NCBI GenBank assembly: GCA_016193285.1
Contig: JACPSL010000002.1
Location: 1 to 64,000, forward strand
DNA: 64,000 bases
Origin: Candidatus Melainabacteria bacterium
GTDB taxonomy: Bacteria > Cyanobacteriota > Vampirovibrionia > 2-02-FULL-35-15
Direction: 5' to 3'
Numbering within the stretch: the first letter of the stretch is position 1; every line of letters begins with the position of its first letter. A model generated the notes under the pieces. The model searched no databases. It saw only the letters and a program-made list of their open reading frames with translations, and was not told the origin of the DNA. Positions 48,279-57,063 of the stretch are shown one piece after another. The position numbers and the translations under genes are program-made.

Positions 48279-49971
48279 TAAAGAATTACTGCCGCCAATT
48301 TTTGTTGTAGGTTGTGCAAGATCTGGAACTACATTATTAGCAAACACTATTGGGAAGCACTCAAACATTTACAATGTTAAAGAAGAAACACATTTGTTTT
48401 ATAATCTCAAGAATCAAGCTATTCTTGACAAACTTGAACGAACTAATGACATTGAAACTCTTACCTTAGTGATATTGACAAGGATGTTTTATCTTGTTAC
48501 TCCTGAAGAATTCATGCAAAAAAAAATATATCTAGGTGAGAAATTCCCTGAAATAATTAAAATATTTAAGGACATAAGCAGCTTAGAAGAATTTAAAACA
48601 GTATCTACAAGGTTTGATATTTTTGATTTATGTGCAACATTTTTAACCTTAAAAGAAAATAAAATAAGATGGGTAGAAAAAACACCTTTTCAGATTTTTA
48701 ATGTTCCTTTTATTTTAGAAATTTATCCAAATGCAAAGTTTATTGAAATTTATAGGGATCCTAGAGCTGTTTATCACTCCTGGAATAATGTTAATCACTC
48801 GTATTTTAAAAAAGGCAAACCCATACAATGTTCTTCTATTTGGAGAAGGGCTATTACAAATGGACAAAAACTTAAGCAGTTCATTCCTAAACAATACTAT
48901 CAAATAAAATATGAAGACTTAGTTAACTTACCTGAGAAAGAACTTATAGAACTTTGTGATTTTTTAGGTGAAAAATTTGAGCCAGCAATGTTAAATGTAG
49001 AAGTAAGAAACACCTTTTTTGGTGATATAAAAGAAAAAAGTGGGTTTTCAAAAATACCAGTTAATAGATGGGAAAAAGGGCTAACAGGAATTGAAAAAAT
49101 TTTTATAGATCTTAGAACAAAAGAATTTAGAAAGAATTTAAATTATCCTGATTCAGGTACGAAAATTTCAATTACTGCTATATTACCTTTTACTTTTTAC
49201 TTACTTACTAGAGGCATAGTAGAAATAGAACAAATAAAATCCTTGTCAATTAGAAAATTTAGTAAAAGGCTCTTATTTATTAAGACTATTAAAAATAATA
49301 TTATAGATTTTAGTCACAAAATAAGAAGCCCAGTAAAAATAAAAACTTATTTGAAATTACACCCTATTAAAATGCTTCAAGTAGGCTCTGGTTCTAACAT
49401 TCTTCCAGGTTGGCTTAATACAGATAGTAATCCATGTTCAAATAACATTGTATTTCTTGACAGCACTAAAAAATTCCCATTTAAGAATAATACTTTTGAT
49501 TATATTTTTAGTGAACATCATATTGAACACTTAAGTTATTTTGAAGGCTTACATATGCTTAAAGAATGTTACCGTATTTTAAAACCAAAAGGTAAAATCC
49601 GGATTGCTACACCTGATTTAAAAGTATTTATTGATTTATATAATCCACAAAAAAGTAATATTCAAAAACGTTATATTAATTTTATTTCTAATAACTACAA
49701 CTCAAGCATAGGAATTCAAAAAGATATAATTGTAATAAATAGTATATTTAAAAACTTTGGACATAAATTTGTCTATGATTTCGAAATACTAAAGATGACT
49801 TTAGAAAAAGTAGGATTTATTAATGTAACTTTTTTTAAGCCACAAGAAAGCAATGATGATTTTTTAAAAGGAATTGAATATCATGGCAAATATTACAAAA
49901 CACTAAACTTAAAGTATGGAGAAGACTTTAACTGCTTTGAAACTATGGTACTAGAAGCTTTACGTTTATAA
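48247..49971 (+). CDS. bifunctional sulfotransferase (N) / class-I SAM methyltransferase (C) fusion
   Basis: The N-terminal 5'-PSB motif is GCARSGTTLL, and the 3'-PB-like motif is RDPRAVYHSW (Sulfotransfer_3-like). The C-terminal MTase motif I is LQVGSGSNILPGW, followed by …LKPKGKIRIATPD…. Confidence 0.7.
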   Translation: MQTDYLKEFSNKELLPPIFVVGCARSGTTLLANTIGKHSNIYNVKEETHLFYNLKNQAILDKLERTNDIETLTLVILTRMFYLVTPEEFMQKKIYLGEKFPEIIKIFKDISSLEEFKTVSTRFDIFDLCATFLTLKENKIRWVEKTPFQIFNVPFILEIYPNAKFIEIYRDPRAVYHSWNNVNHSYFKKGKPIQCSSIWRRAITNGQKLKQFIPKQYYQIKYEDLVNLPEKELIELCDFLGEKFEPAMLNVEVRNTFFGDIKEKSGFSKIPVNRWEKGLTGIEKIFIDLRTKEFRKNLNYPDSGTKISITAILPFTFYLLTRGIVEIEQIKSLSIRKFSKRLLFIKTIKNNIIDFSHKIRSPVKIKTYLKLHPIKMLQVGSGSNILPGWLNTDSNPCSNNIVFLDSTKKFPFKNNTFDYIFSEHHIEHLSYFEGLHMLKECYRILKPKGKIRIATPDLKVFIDLYNPQKSNIQKRYINFISNNYNSSIGIQKDIIVINSIFKNFGHKFVYDFEILKMTLEKVGFINVTFFKPQESNDDFLKGIEYHGKYYKTLNLKYGEDFNCFETMVLEALRL

Positions 49972-50049
49972 TATCTTTAAAATCTGTTCTTCCATGCACA
50001 ATATTGTATAAAGTTTAATCTTCTACATTGCTTCTCGAATTTAAAAGGA

Positions 50050-51858
50050 TCATCTAATACGAACTCTAAATACAGTTCCACCAGCTCTTACTAAATCATT
50101 GTCTTTAAGTTCAACACCATCATCCGGTAAAAGTAGTTCATCATTTAAGAAAGTACCGTTGCTTGAATTTGAATCTCTTATCAAAAGAAATTCTCCTTGC
50201 CTGTATATTTCAAAATGATATCTGCTAACAGATAGTGAGCCTGGGATTTGCACATGGGAATCTTTTGACTCTGCTCTTCCAAAAGTACGACTCTCTCCTT
50301 CTTGTGGTTCAAAGTCCATCTCTTTACCAGAAACTTCTTCTTTGAGTGTAAATCTAACTGGCGGTTTTCCATAAGCTCCTGCATTTATATCTTTTGGTCC
50401 TTCAACAGGTGGTATAGATTCTCCAGGTGGTACATCTAATGGAGCAACAATGCCTGAATGTAATCCAGGAGAAGAACTGAATGATTGACTAATGGGAGAT
50501 GGATCTCCACTTCCTGGATCAAGTCTCTCTACCCTGGAGTATGGGTTTACTCGTGATCCTGATTGCGGTGAATCAGGAAGTGACATACTTGTGCCTATCT
50601 CACTGAGATCCTCAAGAAAATTAAGTCTTATTTGAGGATCATTAACAACTCCACTTTGCAAAGAATCGGCCTTTCTGAAATACGAAAGAAATATATTTAG
50701 TGCTCTATCTGCTAATTGAGCGTTTTCAAATTCACCGTATGCAGGAGCATCATCAAAATTAATCACAGGTATTTCCCTTTCATCAAAATCTCCTGTTGCA
50801 TATTGTCCTAGCCTAAGCATTAGTCTTACCTTTCTAGGATCATTTGCAAAAGCAAGATTTACTGAGTGCTTTTGATAACCACCCCAAATTTGATGATGTG
50901 GATTACTAAGAAATCTTGTCCCAGAAGGATGATATGTCCCATCTCCAATTGAAGGAGTTATTCTGTAAAAATCTTTTAACTCTTCCCCAGTAAGTCTTAA
51001 ATAAAAATCTGACTCACATAAACCTTGTAGTGTTACAGGCAAAGATTTACCTAGGATATCTCCTTGTGATGGAGTATGCACAAGAAATGAAGGACCTGAA
51101 CATGAAGCAAGTTGATATAGCATAGCTTGATCGTAATCAGCACCTATTCCACCCCAGATAGAAGTCACATTTAAGTCTCGTAGTCTTTCACTATCAATAA
51201 AAGGACTAGCTGCCACGGGGTTATTTTGTCCATCAGTAAATCCCATAAATAAACTTCTTGGTGGATCAGATTCTTTATACTCTTGAATTCCTCTTACTTT
51301 ATCACATGCTAACTTTACTAAGCTTTGAATATTAGTGCCGCTATTAGTTTGCAATGCTCCAATAGTATCAATCAGTGTGTTAAGATCTGTTCGATATTCA
51401 TATGGCCTTCCTTGAGGATCGTATGCAACTTTAGCATTACGATCAAAAACCAAAAGTGTAATTTTTGACTCTGGTGGAAATCCAATATTTCGCAAGCTTT
51501 GAATTACTTTTTTAAAATGTTCTAGTTTTGAAGTTTTATCAGAAGGTGTAATGTGGTTAATCATACTTCTAGATTTATCAAGCCCAATTACAATATGCGG
51601 GACTTTGTAATATTTTGGTGTTGCTAATTGAGGAGGACTTGATTCTTCTACTAAAGATATCTTCTGACCCTCTCCGCCAGCGCCAATTCCAACAGGTACT
51701 TGACAAATAGGTTTTTTCCCTGAAGGTGCTGTACCTTGCTCAGCAATAACTATTATTGGTGTTTCACCATGAAATTTTTTATTACCAACTTCTCCTCCTT
51801 GAATCCTATGTGGCAGTGCTATTGCTACAGCACTGACATTTGCTCCAGGTACTAACAT
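50050..51858 (-). CDS. vWA-domain / FHA-domain protein
   Basis: The vWA MIDAS motifs are DKSRS, SGTNI and TDGQNN in the N-terminal half. The C-terminal FHA domain is …FGRAESKDSHVQIPGSLSVSRYHFEIYRQGEFLLIRDSNSSNGTFLND…. Confidence 0.7.
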   Translation of the reverse strand: MLVPGANVSAVAIALPHRIQGGEVGNKKFHGETPIIVIAEQGTAPSGKKPICQVPVGIGAGGEGQKISLVEESSPPQLATPKYYKVPHIVIGLDKSRSMINHITPSDKTSKLEHFKKVIQSLRNIGFPPESKITLLVFDRNAKVAYDPQGRPYEYRTDLNTLIDTIGALQTNSGTNIQSLVKLACDKVRGIQEYKESDPPRSLFMGFTDGQNNPVAASPFIDSERLRDLNVTSIWGGIGADYDQAMLYQLASCSGPSFLVHTPSQGDILGKSLPVTLQGLCESDFYLRLTGEELKDFYRITPSIGDGTYHPSGTRFLSNPHHQIWGGYQKHSVNLAFANDPRKVRLMLRLGQYATGDFDEREIPVINFDDAPAYGEFENAQLADRALNIFLSYFRKADSLQSGVVNDPQIRLNFLEDLSEIGTSMSLPDSPQSGSRVNPYSRVERLDPGSGDPSPISQSFSSSPGLHSGIVAPLDVPPGESIPPVEGPKDINAGAYGKPPVRFTLKEEVSGKEMDFEPQEGESRTFGRAESKDSHVQIPGSLSVSRYHFEIYRQGEFLLIRDSNSSNGTFLNDELLLPDDGVELKDNDLVRAGGTVFRVRIR

Positions 51859-51971
51859 CTAACCTCCTTAAATAAAATATTATTGTTAAAAGTATACTAC
51901 TCCTTTTCCAATGATAAATCCAGAGGCAAAGTTAAAGAAACAATTAAATTTTCCTAAATAAAATGGTATTG

Positions 51972-52742
51972 CTATTGAACATTTTCAATCTCAATTCCAA
52001 CAGGACAATGATCTGATCCCATAACTTCTGACATTATAAATGCTTTTTTTAGATTGTTTACAAGATTAAGAGTTATAAAAAAATAATCAATTCTCCAGCC
52101 AACATTTCTTTCCCGAGCTCTTGTTATTGGATCCCAAAAAGTATAATATTCACCATCTTTTACAAAGTGCCTGAAAGTATCTATGTAACCAGATTCTACA
52201 AACTTATCCATCCATTTTCTTTCAACAAGTAAAAATCCACTTGTGTTTTCATTTTCTTTAGGTCTTGCAAGATCAATTTCTTTATGAGCAGTGTTTACAT
52301 CTCCACAAATAATTATTTTTTTCTCTTTCTCTTTTAACTTATTTACATACTTTAAAAACTCATCATAAAAAGCTAGCTTATAATTTAATCTTTCTTCATC
52401 TCTCTGACCATTTGGGAAATAAATATTAAATAAAATAAGATCACCATAATCATGAATTAAAATCCTTCCTTCTGAATCAAATTTTTTTACACCAAAACCT
52501 GTTTCAGTTTTCTTGGGTTCTTTTTTTGTAAAAGTTACAACTCCGCTATATCCTTTTCTTTCTGCACTTGACCAGAATGTTTTATAACTATTAGGCTCCA
52601 GTAATTCTTTATTTAATTGATTTGTCTGAGCCTTTGTTTCTTGTACACATAAAATATCAGGGCTTTCTTTTTGAAGCCATTCTAAAAATCCTTTTTTTTG
52701 AATAGCACGTATGCCGTTTACGTTCCAGGAGAGTAGCTTCAT
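51972..52742 (-). CDS. xth: exodeoxyribonuclease III (AP endonuclease)
   Basis: MKLLSWNVNGIRA…, …QETK… and the C-terminal SDHCPV motif. Length 256 aa. Confidence 0.9.
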   Translation of the reverse strand: MKLLSWNVNGIRAIQKKGFLEWLQKESPDILCVQETKAQTNQLNKELLEPNSYKTFWSSAERKGYSGVVTFTKKEPKKTETGFGVKKFDSEGRILIHDYGDLILFNIYFPNGQRDEERLNYKLAFYDEFLKYVNKLKEKEKKIIICGDVNTAHKEIDLARPKENENTSGFLLVERKWMDKFVESGYIDTFRHFVKDGEYYTFWDPITRARERNVGWRIDYFFITLNLVNNLKKAFIMSEVMGSDHCPVGIEIENVQ

Positions 52743-52754
52743 AGTTTAAATTTC

Positions 52755-52978
52755 TAAATAGCCTGAACAGACAGTTTTTCTTTTTTTCTTGTCTTAAAGT
52801 AAAGCTTTTCAAAGCCAATAATTTTTTTGTTTCTTTTGTTTTTTATTAATATGATCCCATCGCCAGCTTCTTCACAAACTTGATTTCTAGAAGGCTTATC
52901 AAAATATACTGTTAAGGTTTCACCTTTTCTGTCATGAATTATTTTTAACTTGGCTATATTTTTTCTCCTTCCTTTATT
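52755..52978 (-). CDS. DUF2283-like small protein ORF without a canonical start codon (frame −1 relative to the upstream gene end)
   Basis: Hand translation gives …HDRKGETLTVYFDKPSRNQVCEEAGDGIILIKNKRNKKIIGFEKLYFKTRKKEKLSVQAI*. This fits the DUF2283 pattern D.L.i.f…..GiilDyd..g.ivGiEil. There is no ATG/GTG/TTG. An A6 run lies at the junction with the upstream ORF. Confidence 0.3.
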
Positions 52979-53256
52979 TTATCAGTAATATAGGCTGTGA
53001 TTATAAATCCATCTAAGTCCATAGATTTCGTGACAACACAAATCCAATAACTGTTTATTCTCTTATAAAAAAGCAGGACATTATTATCTATCTTGCTTTT
53101 TGTAATTAAGTCAGGCATTTTTAAAGTATTTTTTATCAATGTTAAACACATTGTGGTTTCTGGGTGTTTTATTTGTATGAGTTCCCAGTACTCTTGAGTA
53201 GTTCTAATGTTTAAACCGATTGGAGTATTGATCTTAAACAAATATTTTTTAGGCAT
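52954..53256 (-). CDS. DUF4258-like small protein (putative toxin partner of DUF2283)
   Basis: A 100-aa protein with C-terminus …VLLFYKRINSYWICVVTKSMDLDGFIITAYITD… resembling the DUF4258 C-terminal VV……IITAY pattern. The call is weak. Confidence 0.3.
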   Translation of the reverse strand: MPKKYLFKINTPIGLNIRTTQEYWELIQIKHPETTMCLTLIKNTLKMPDLITKSKIDNNVLLFYKRINSYWICVVTKSMDLDGFIITAYITDKIKEGEKI

Positions 53257-53298
53257 AACTGATTAGTATAGTACAAATACTAAAATTACTTCAATAAA

Positions 53299-53354
53299 TT
53301 AACCAGCTTTACAATTGTATCTTTTGCATCACCAAAAAGCATCATGGTTTTTGG
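53299..53354. repeat. 56-bp perfect direct repeat of the pntB 3' end (copy 1, displaced)
   Basis: Identical to 54060..54115. The adjacent 15 bp encode the same VNLLK* ending as pntB using different codons. Confidence 0.8.
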
Positions 53355-53363
53355 TAAGAAAGT

Positions 53364-53699
53364 TTACTCTATGACTTCCAGAATTTCCTTCACCTTTTCT
53401 TTGATCTTTGGAAGATCTTCTCTGATAGCTTTTTCTACTTTTTCTGTATCTATATTGAAATACTGATGTGCAAGAATATTTCGCATATTAGCAATCTGTC
53501 GCCAAGGTATTTCAGGATACTTATTCTTCAATTCTTCTGATAAATATCTGCAAGCCTCACCAATGATTTCAATGCATCTAACTACACCCATAAACTTTAA
53601 TTCATCTAATTCGTGTAGAGACTTACCGAAGGACAGGTTCTTATCTAAAAGCTCCATAGCCTCTAAAATATCCAAGAGCCTTGATTTATCATCTCTCAT
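53364..53699 (-). CDS. hepT: HepT-family HEPN toxin (DUF86)
   Basis: The RNxxxHxY motif is in IANMRNILAHQYFNI. It overlaps mntA by 4 bp (ATGA). Confidence 0.8.
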   Translation of the reverse strand: MRDDKSRLLDILEAMELLDKNLSFGKSLHELDELKFMGVVRCIEIIGEACRYLSEELKNKYPEIPWRQIANMRNILAHQYFNIDTEKVEKAIREDLPKIKEKVKEILEVIE

Positions 53700-53986
53700 A
53701 AATGCTTAGCTTCTTTTAAAACATGATCTTTAATTCTTTCTTTTAAAACTTTTTCAGTTGCAACATCAACTTTATGACCAAGTAAATCTTCAAGATCAAG
53801 CCATAATTCACTCCAGCCTAAAAGTCCAACTTCAGGTCGGAAATCTACTAAAAAGTCAATGTCACTATTCTCATTTGCTTCCTGCCTTGCCACTGAGCCA
53901 AAAACTCTGACATTGAAAGCTCCATGCTTTTGAGCAAGCTTTAAAATTTCTTTTCTCTTACTTTTTACTAATTCATATAGTCCCAT
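53696..53986 (-). CDS. mntA: MntA-family nucleotidyltransferase antitoxin
   Basis: Minimal NTase motif RVFGSVARQEANENSDIDFLVDF (GS…DxD). Confidence 0.8.
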   Translation of the reverse strand: MGLYELVKSKRKEILKLAQKHGAFNVRVFGSVARQEANENSDIDFLVDFRPEVGLLGWSELWLDLEDLLGHKVDVATEKVLKERIKDHVLKEAKHL

Positions 53987-54046
53987 GATAAAAATTCCTA
54001 GCTAAATTATACACACTAATCTCTAAATCCAGCAAGTTAGCTTGTC

Positions 54047-55417
54047 TTATTTTAAAAGATTAACCAGCTTTACAATTGTATCTTTTGCATCACCAAAAAG
54101 CATCATGGTTTTTGGAAGTAAAAAAAGTTCATTTTCAATTCCTGCAAAACCTGGAGCCATAGAGCGTTTTAAGAATATAATTGTCTTTGCTTTTTCTACA
54201 TCTAAAATTGGCATTCCATATATTGGACTTGCTGAATTATTTTTTGCAGCAGGGTTTGTTACATCATTTGCACCTACTACAAGTGCTACATCTGCTCTTT
54301 CAAACTCAGGGTTTACATCATCCATCTCATAAAGTTTTTCATAAGGCACATTTGCTTCAGCAAGCAGAATATTCATGTGTCCTGGCATTCTTCCTGCTAC
54401 AGGATGAATTGCATATTTAACTTCTGCTCCTTTTTTTTCAAGCAGGTCTGCAAGTTCCCTTACATTATGCTGGGCTTGTGCAACTGCAAGTCCATATCCA
54501 GGTACAATAATTACTAAACTTGCATTTTCTAAAACAACAATTGCATCATCAGGTGTATATCCTTGGACGGTCTGTGTCTTTGATTTATCTATGCTGCTTA
54601 GATCTAACTTTCCAAATGCTCCAAACATAACATTTAACATTGAACGGTTCATTGCTTTGCACATGATTTGAGTAAGAATAATCCCTGATGCACCAACAAG
54701 TGAACCAGTAATAATTAAACAATAGTTAGATAAGATAAAACCAGCTGCACATCCTGCCATACCTGAATATGAATTTAATAAGCAAATTACAACTGGCATA
54801 TCAGCCCCGCCAATTGGCAGAACTAAAAGTGCACCTAAGATAAAAGATATTACTCCAACTACAATAAACCAAATAAAATTTTCCGGATGAAAGCATAAAT
54901 AACCTAATCCCCATACGATTGCAAAAAACTGAAATAAGTTTAATGTCTTTTGAAATGGATATGTAATTGGCTGCCCGCTAATAAAGCCTTCTAACTTTCC
55001 ATAAGCCATTACACTTCCTGTAAAAGTTATTGCTCCAATGATTAAAGTTATTGTTGTAGTAGTAATGCCATATAAGGTTTGATTATTATAGTGGCTTATA
55101 TACTCGGAAGTTGCTACTAGTGCTGATGCTAAACCGCCACAGCCATTTAAAAGACCTACCATTTGAGGCATCTGTGTCATTTTTACAGTAACAGACAAAT
55201 ATGCACCAATAGCTGAACCAATTAACAATCCAAGAAAAATATATTGGTAGCTAACAATATGTTTATCTATTAGCGTTGAACAAATTGCAATAAGCATACC
55301 TAGCGCAGAATAAAAATTCCCAGACCTTGCAGTTTTAGGTGAGCTTAACATTTTTAATCCAAGGATAAACAAAACTGCAGAAACCAGATAAGATAAGTTA
55401 ATTAAATTTTCTTGCAC
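54047..55417 (-). CDS. pntB: NAD(P) transhydrogenase subunit beta
   Basis: A polytopic membrane N-terminal domain and a C-terminal NADP(H)-binding domain (…GYGLAVAQAQH…VVGANDV…). Length 456 aa. Confidence 0.9.
   Translation of the reverse strand: MQENLINLSYLVSAVLFILGLKMLSSPKTARSGNFYSALGMLIAICSTLIDKHIVSYQYIFLGLLIGSAIGAYLSVTVKMTQMPQMVGLLNGCGGLASALVATSEYISHYNNQTLYGITTTTITLIIGAITFTGSVMAYGKLEGFISGQPITYPFQKTLNLFQFFAIVWGLGYLCFHPENFIWFIVVGVISFILGALLVLPIGGADMPVVICLLNSYSGMAGCAAGFILSNYCLIITGSLVGASGIILTQIMCKAMNRSMLNVMFGAFGKLDLSSIDKSKTQTVQGYTPDDAIVVLENASLVIIVPGYGLAVAQAQHNVRELADLLEKKGAEVKYAIHPVAGRMPGHMNILLAEANVPYEKLYEMDDVNPEFERADVALVVGANDVTNPAAKNNSASPIYGMPILDVEKAKTIIFLKRSMAPGFAGIENELFLLPKTMMLFGDAKDTIVKLVNLLK
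54060..54115. repeat. 56-bp direct repeat, copy 2 (the in-place pntB 3' end)
   Basis: See 53299..53354. Confidence 0.8.
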
Positions 55418-55434
55418 TGTCTAATGCTCCAATT

Positions 55435-55716
55435 TCATTTTCTCTTAAACATTTTTAGCATTCTGTCCGTGACAGCATAACCACCAACTACATTTATCAT
55501 TGCAAGTACAACTGCTGCAAGACCAACAAAGGTAGTTGTAGTGTTAACATCTCCTGTTGCAATTAATGCACCTACAACGGTAATTCCAGAAATTGCATTT
55601 GAACCAGACATAAGTGGTGTATGGAGAGTTGGTGGTACTTTTGAAATAACTTCAAAACCAATAAAAATTGCTAAGACAAAAATATAAATTGTAATTAAAA
55701 GTTCACCAAATGACAT
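55435..55716 (-). CDS. pntA: NAD(P) transhydrogenase subunit alpha part 2 (membrane)
   Basis: A 93-aa three-helix membrane protein between the alpha-1 gene and pntB. Confidence 0.8.
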   Translation of the reverse strand: MSFGELLITIYIFVLAIFIGFEVISKVPPTLHTPLMSGSNAISGITVVGALIATGDVNTTTTFVGLAAVVLAMINVVGGYAVTDRMLKMFKRK

Positions 55717-55732
55717 TTTTTATTCTCCAATT

Positions 55733-56872
55733 CTAACGTACTCCTGCAAGAAGATGTTTTATATTTTCTTGCAGAATCACACCCTTATGAGCAACCAATG
55801 CTCCTTTGTTTATTTCATCATTTAAATCAAAGTTTAACTGTCCATTTTTTACAAGGTGTGCAATTACACTTTCCATATTTTTTGAAAACATTTGACTTGC
55901 ATGATTTGGCATTGTTGAAGGAAGATTTAAAAGTCCACTAATAGTTACGCCATCTTTAACTATTGTTTTACCAAGCTCAGTAACTTCACAATTTCCACCT
56001 TGATCAACTGCTAGATCCACAATTATTGCTCCTGCTTGCATTTCTTTTACCATAGCTTCTGTAATTAATATTGGTGCTCTTTTACCTGGGATTTGAGCAG
56101 TTGTAATTACCACGTCTGATTTTTTAACATGCTTTCCAATTAACTCTAATTCTTTTTGGTGAAGTTCTTTTGAAATTTGTTTAGCATAACCACCTTCACC
56201 TTCAGTTTTTTCACTACCTAAATCAAGTTCAACAAATCTTGCACCTAAACTTTCTGTTTGTTCTTTTACTACTGGTCTTGTATCAAAAGCTTCAACAACT
56301 GCACCCAGCCTTTTAGCAGTAGCAATTGCTTGAAGGCCAGCAACACCAGCACCAATAATAAAAACTTTTGCAGGTGCAATTGTACCTGCTGCTGTCATAA
56401 GCATTGGGAAAAACTTTGGTAAGTGATTTGCTGCTATTAGAACAGCTTTGTAACCACTAATAGTACTCATTGAACTTAAAACATCCATGCTCTGGGCTCG
56501 TGTTATTCTAGGAATGCTGTCTAATGAAAATGCTGTTATCTTTTTGGTAGTTAATTTTTTTAAGGTATCTATGTTTATTGTTGCTTGTAGTATTGAAACT
56601 AGTGCTGCCTCTTCTTTCATTAAACCAATTTCATTAAACTCTGGCTTTCTTACTTTTATTATTAAGTCAGATGTAGAATAAAGCAAATCTGTATCTTTAA
56701 TAATTTTTGCACCTGCTTCTTCATATTCTTTATCACTAAAAAAAGAAGCTTCACCTGCACCAGATTCAACCTGAACTTCGATACCTTTTTGAGTAATTTT
56801 TTTTATGCTTTGAGGTACAAGTGCAACTCTTGTTTCATTTCCTTGTATTTCATTAGGAATACCTATCTTCAT
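55733..56872 (-). CDS. pntA: NAD(P) transhydrogenase subunit alpha part 1 (AlaDH/PNT dI domain)
   Basis: Rossmann motif IIGAGVAGLQAIATAKRLGA and an AlaDH/PNT N-terminal domain. Length 379 aa. Confidence 0.9.
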   Translation of the reverse strand: MKIGIPNEIQGNETRVALVPQSIKKITQKGIEVQVESGAGEASFFSDKEYEEAGAKIIKDTDLLYSTSDLIIKVRKPEFNEIGLMKEEAALVSILQATINIDTLKKLTTKKITAFSLDSIPRITRAQSMDVLSSMSTISGYKAVLIAANHLPKFFPMLMTAAGTIAPAKVFIIGAGVAGLQAIATAKRLGAVVEAFDTRPVVKEQTESLGARFVELDLGSEKTEGEGGYAKQISKELHQKELELIGKHVKKSDVVITTAQIPGKRAPILITEAMVKEMQAGAIIVDLAVDQGGNCEVTELGKTIVKDGVTISGLLNLPSTMPNHASQMFSKNMESVIAHLVKNGQLNFDLNDEINKGALVAHKGVILQENIKHLLAGVR

Positions 56873-56998
56873 AATCGAATATAATTATAAATGTCAAAGC
56901 AATTTTTTAGGCAGAATATAATTTATAAATAGCAAATATAGGTTTTGTGTGATTTACTCACCAAAACCGGTCTTGCAAGATAGGAGCGACCCAAGGAA

Positions 56999-57050
56999 GG
57001 TTCAGCTTGTCTGAACCTATATAAAAAGGAACCTTTGTACGTTTGTACAA
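56999..57050. promoter_or_regulatory. two palindromes upstream of lexA: GGTTCAG-CTTGT-CTGAACC (56999..57017) and TTGTAC-GTTT-GTACAA (57035..57050); candidate SOS boxes
   Basis: Seen directly. LexA autoregulates through palindromic operators. I cannot say which one, if either, is the cognate box. Confidence 0.35.
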
Positions 57051-57063
57051 GTCTATAGCTTAA

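Noticed and set aside
54042-54420. Plus-strand ORFs 54042..54332 and 54181..54420 over pntB
   Set aside because: They are antisense to a well-supported pntB.
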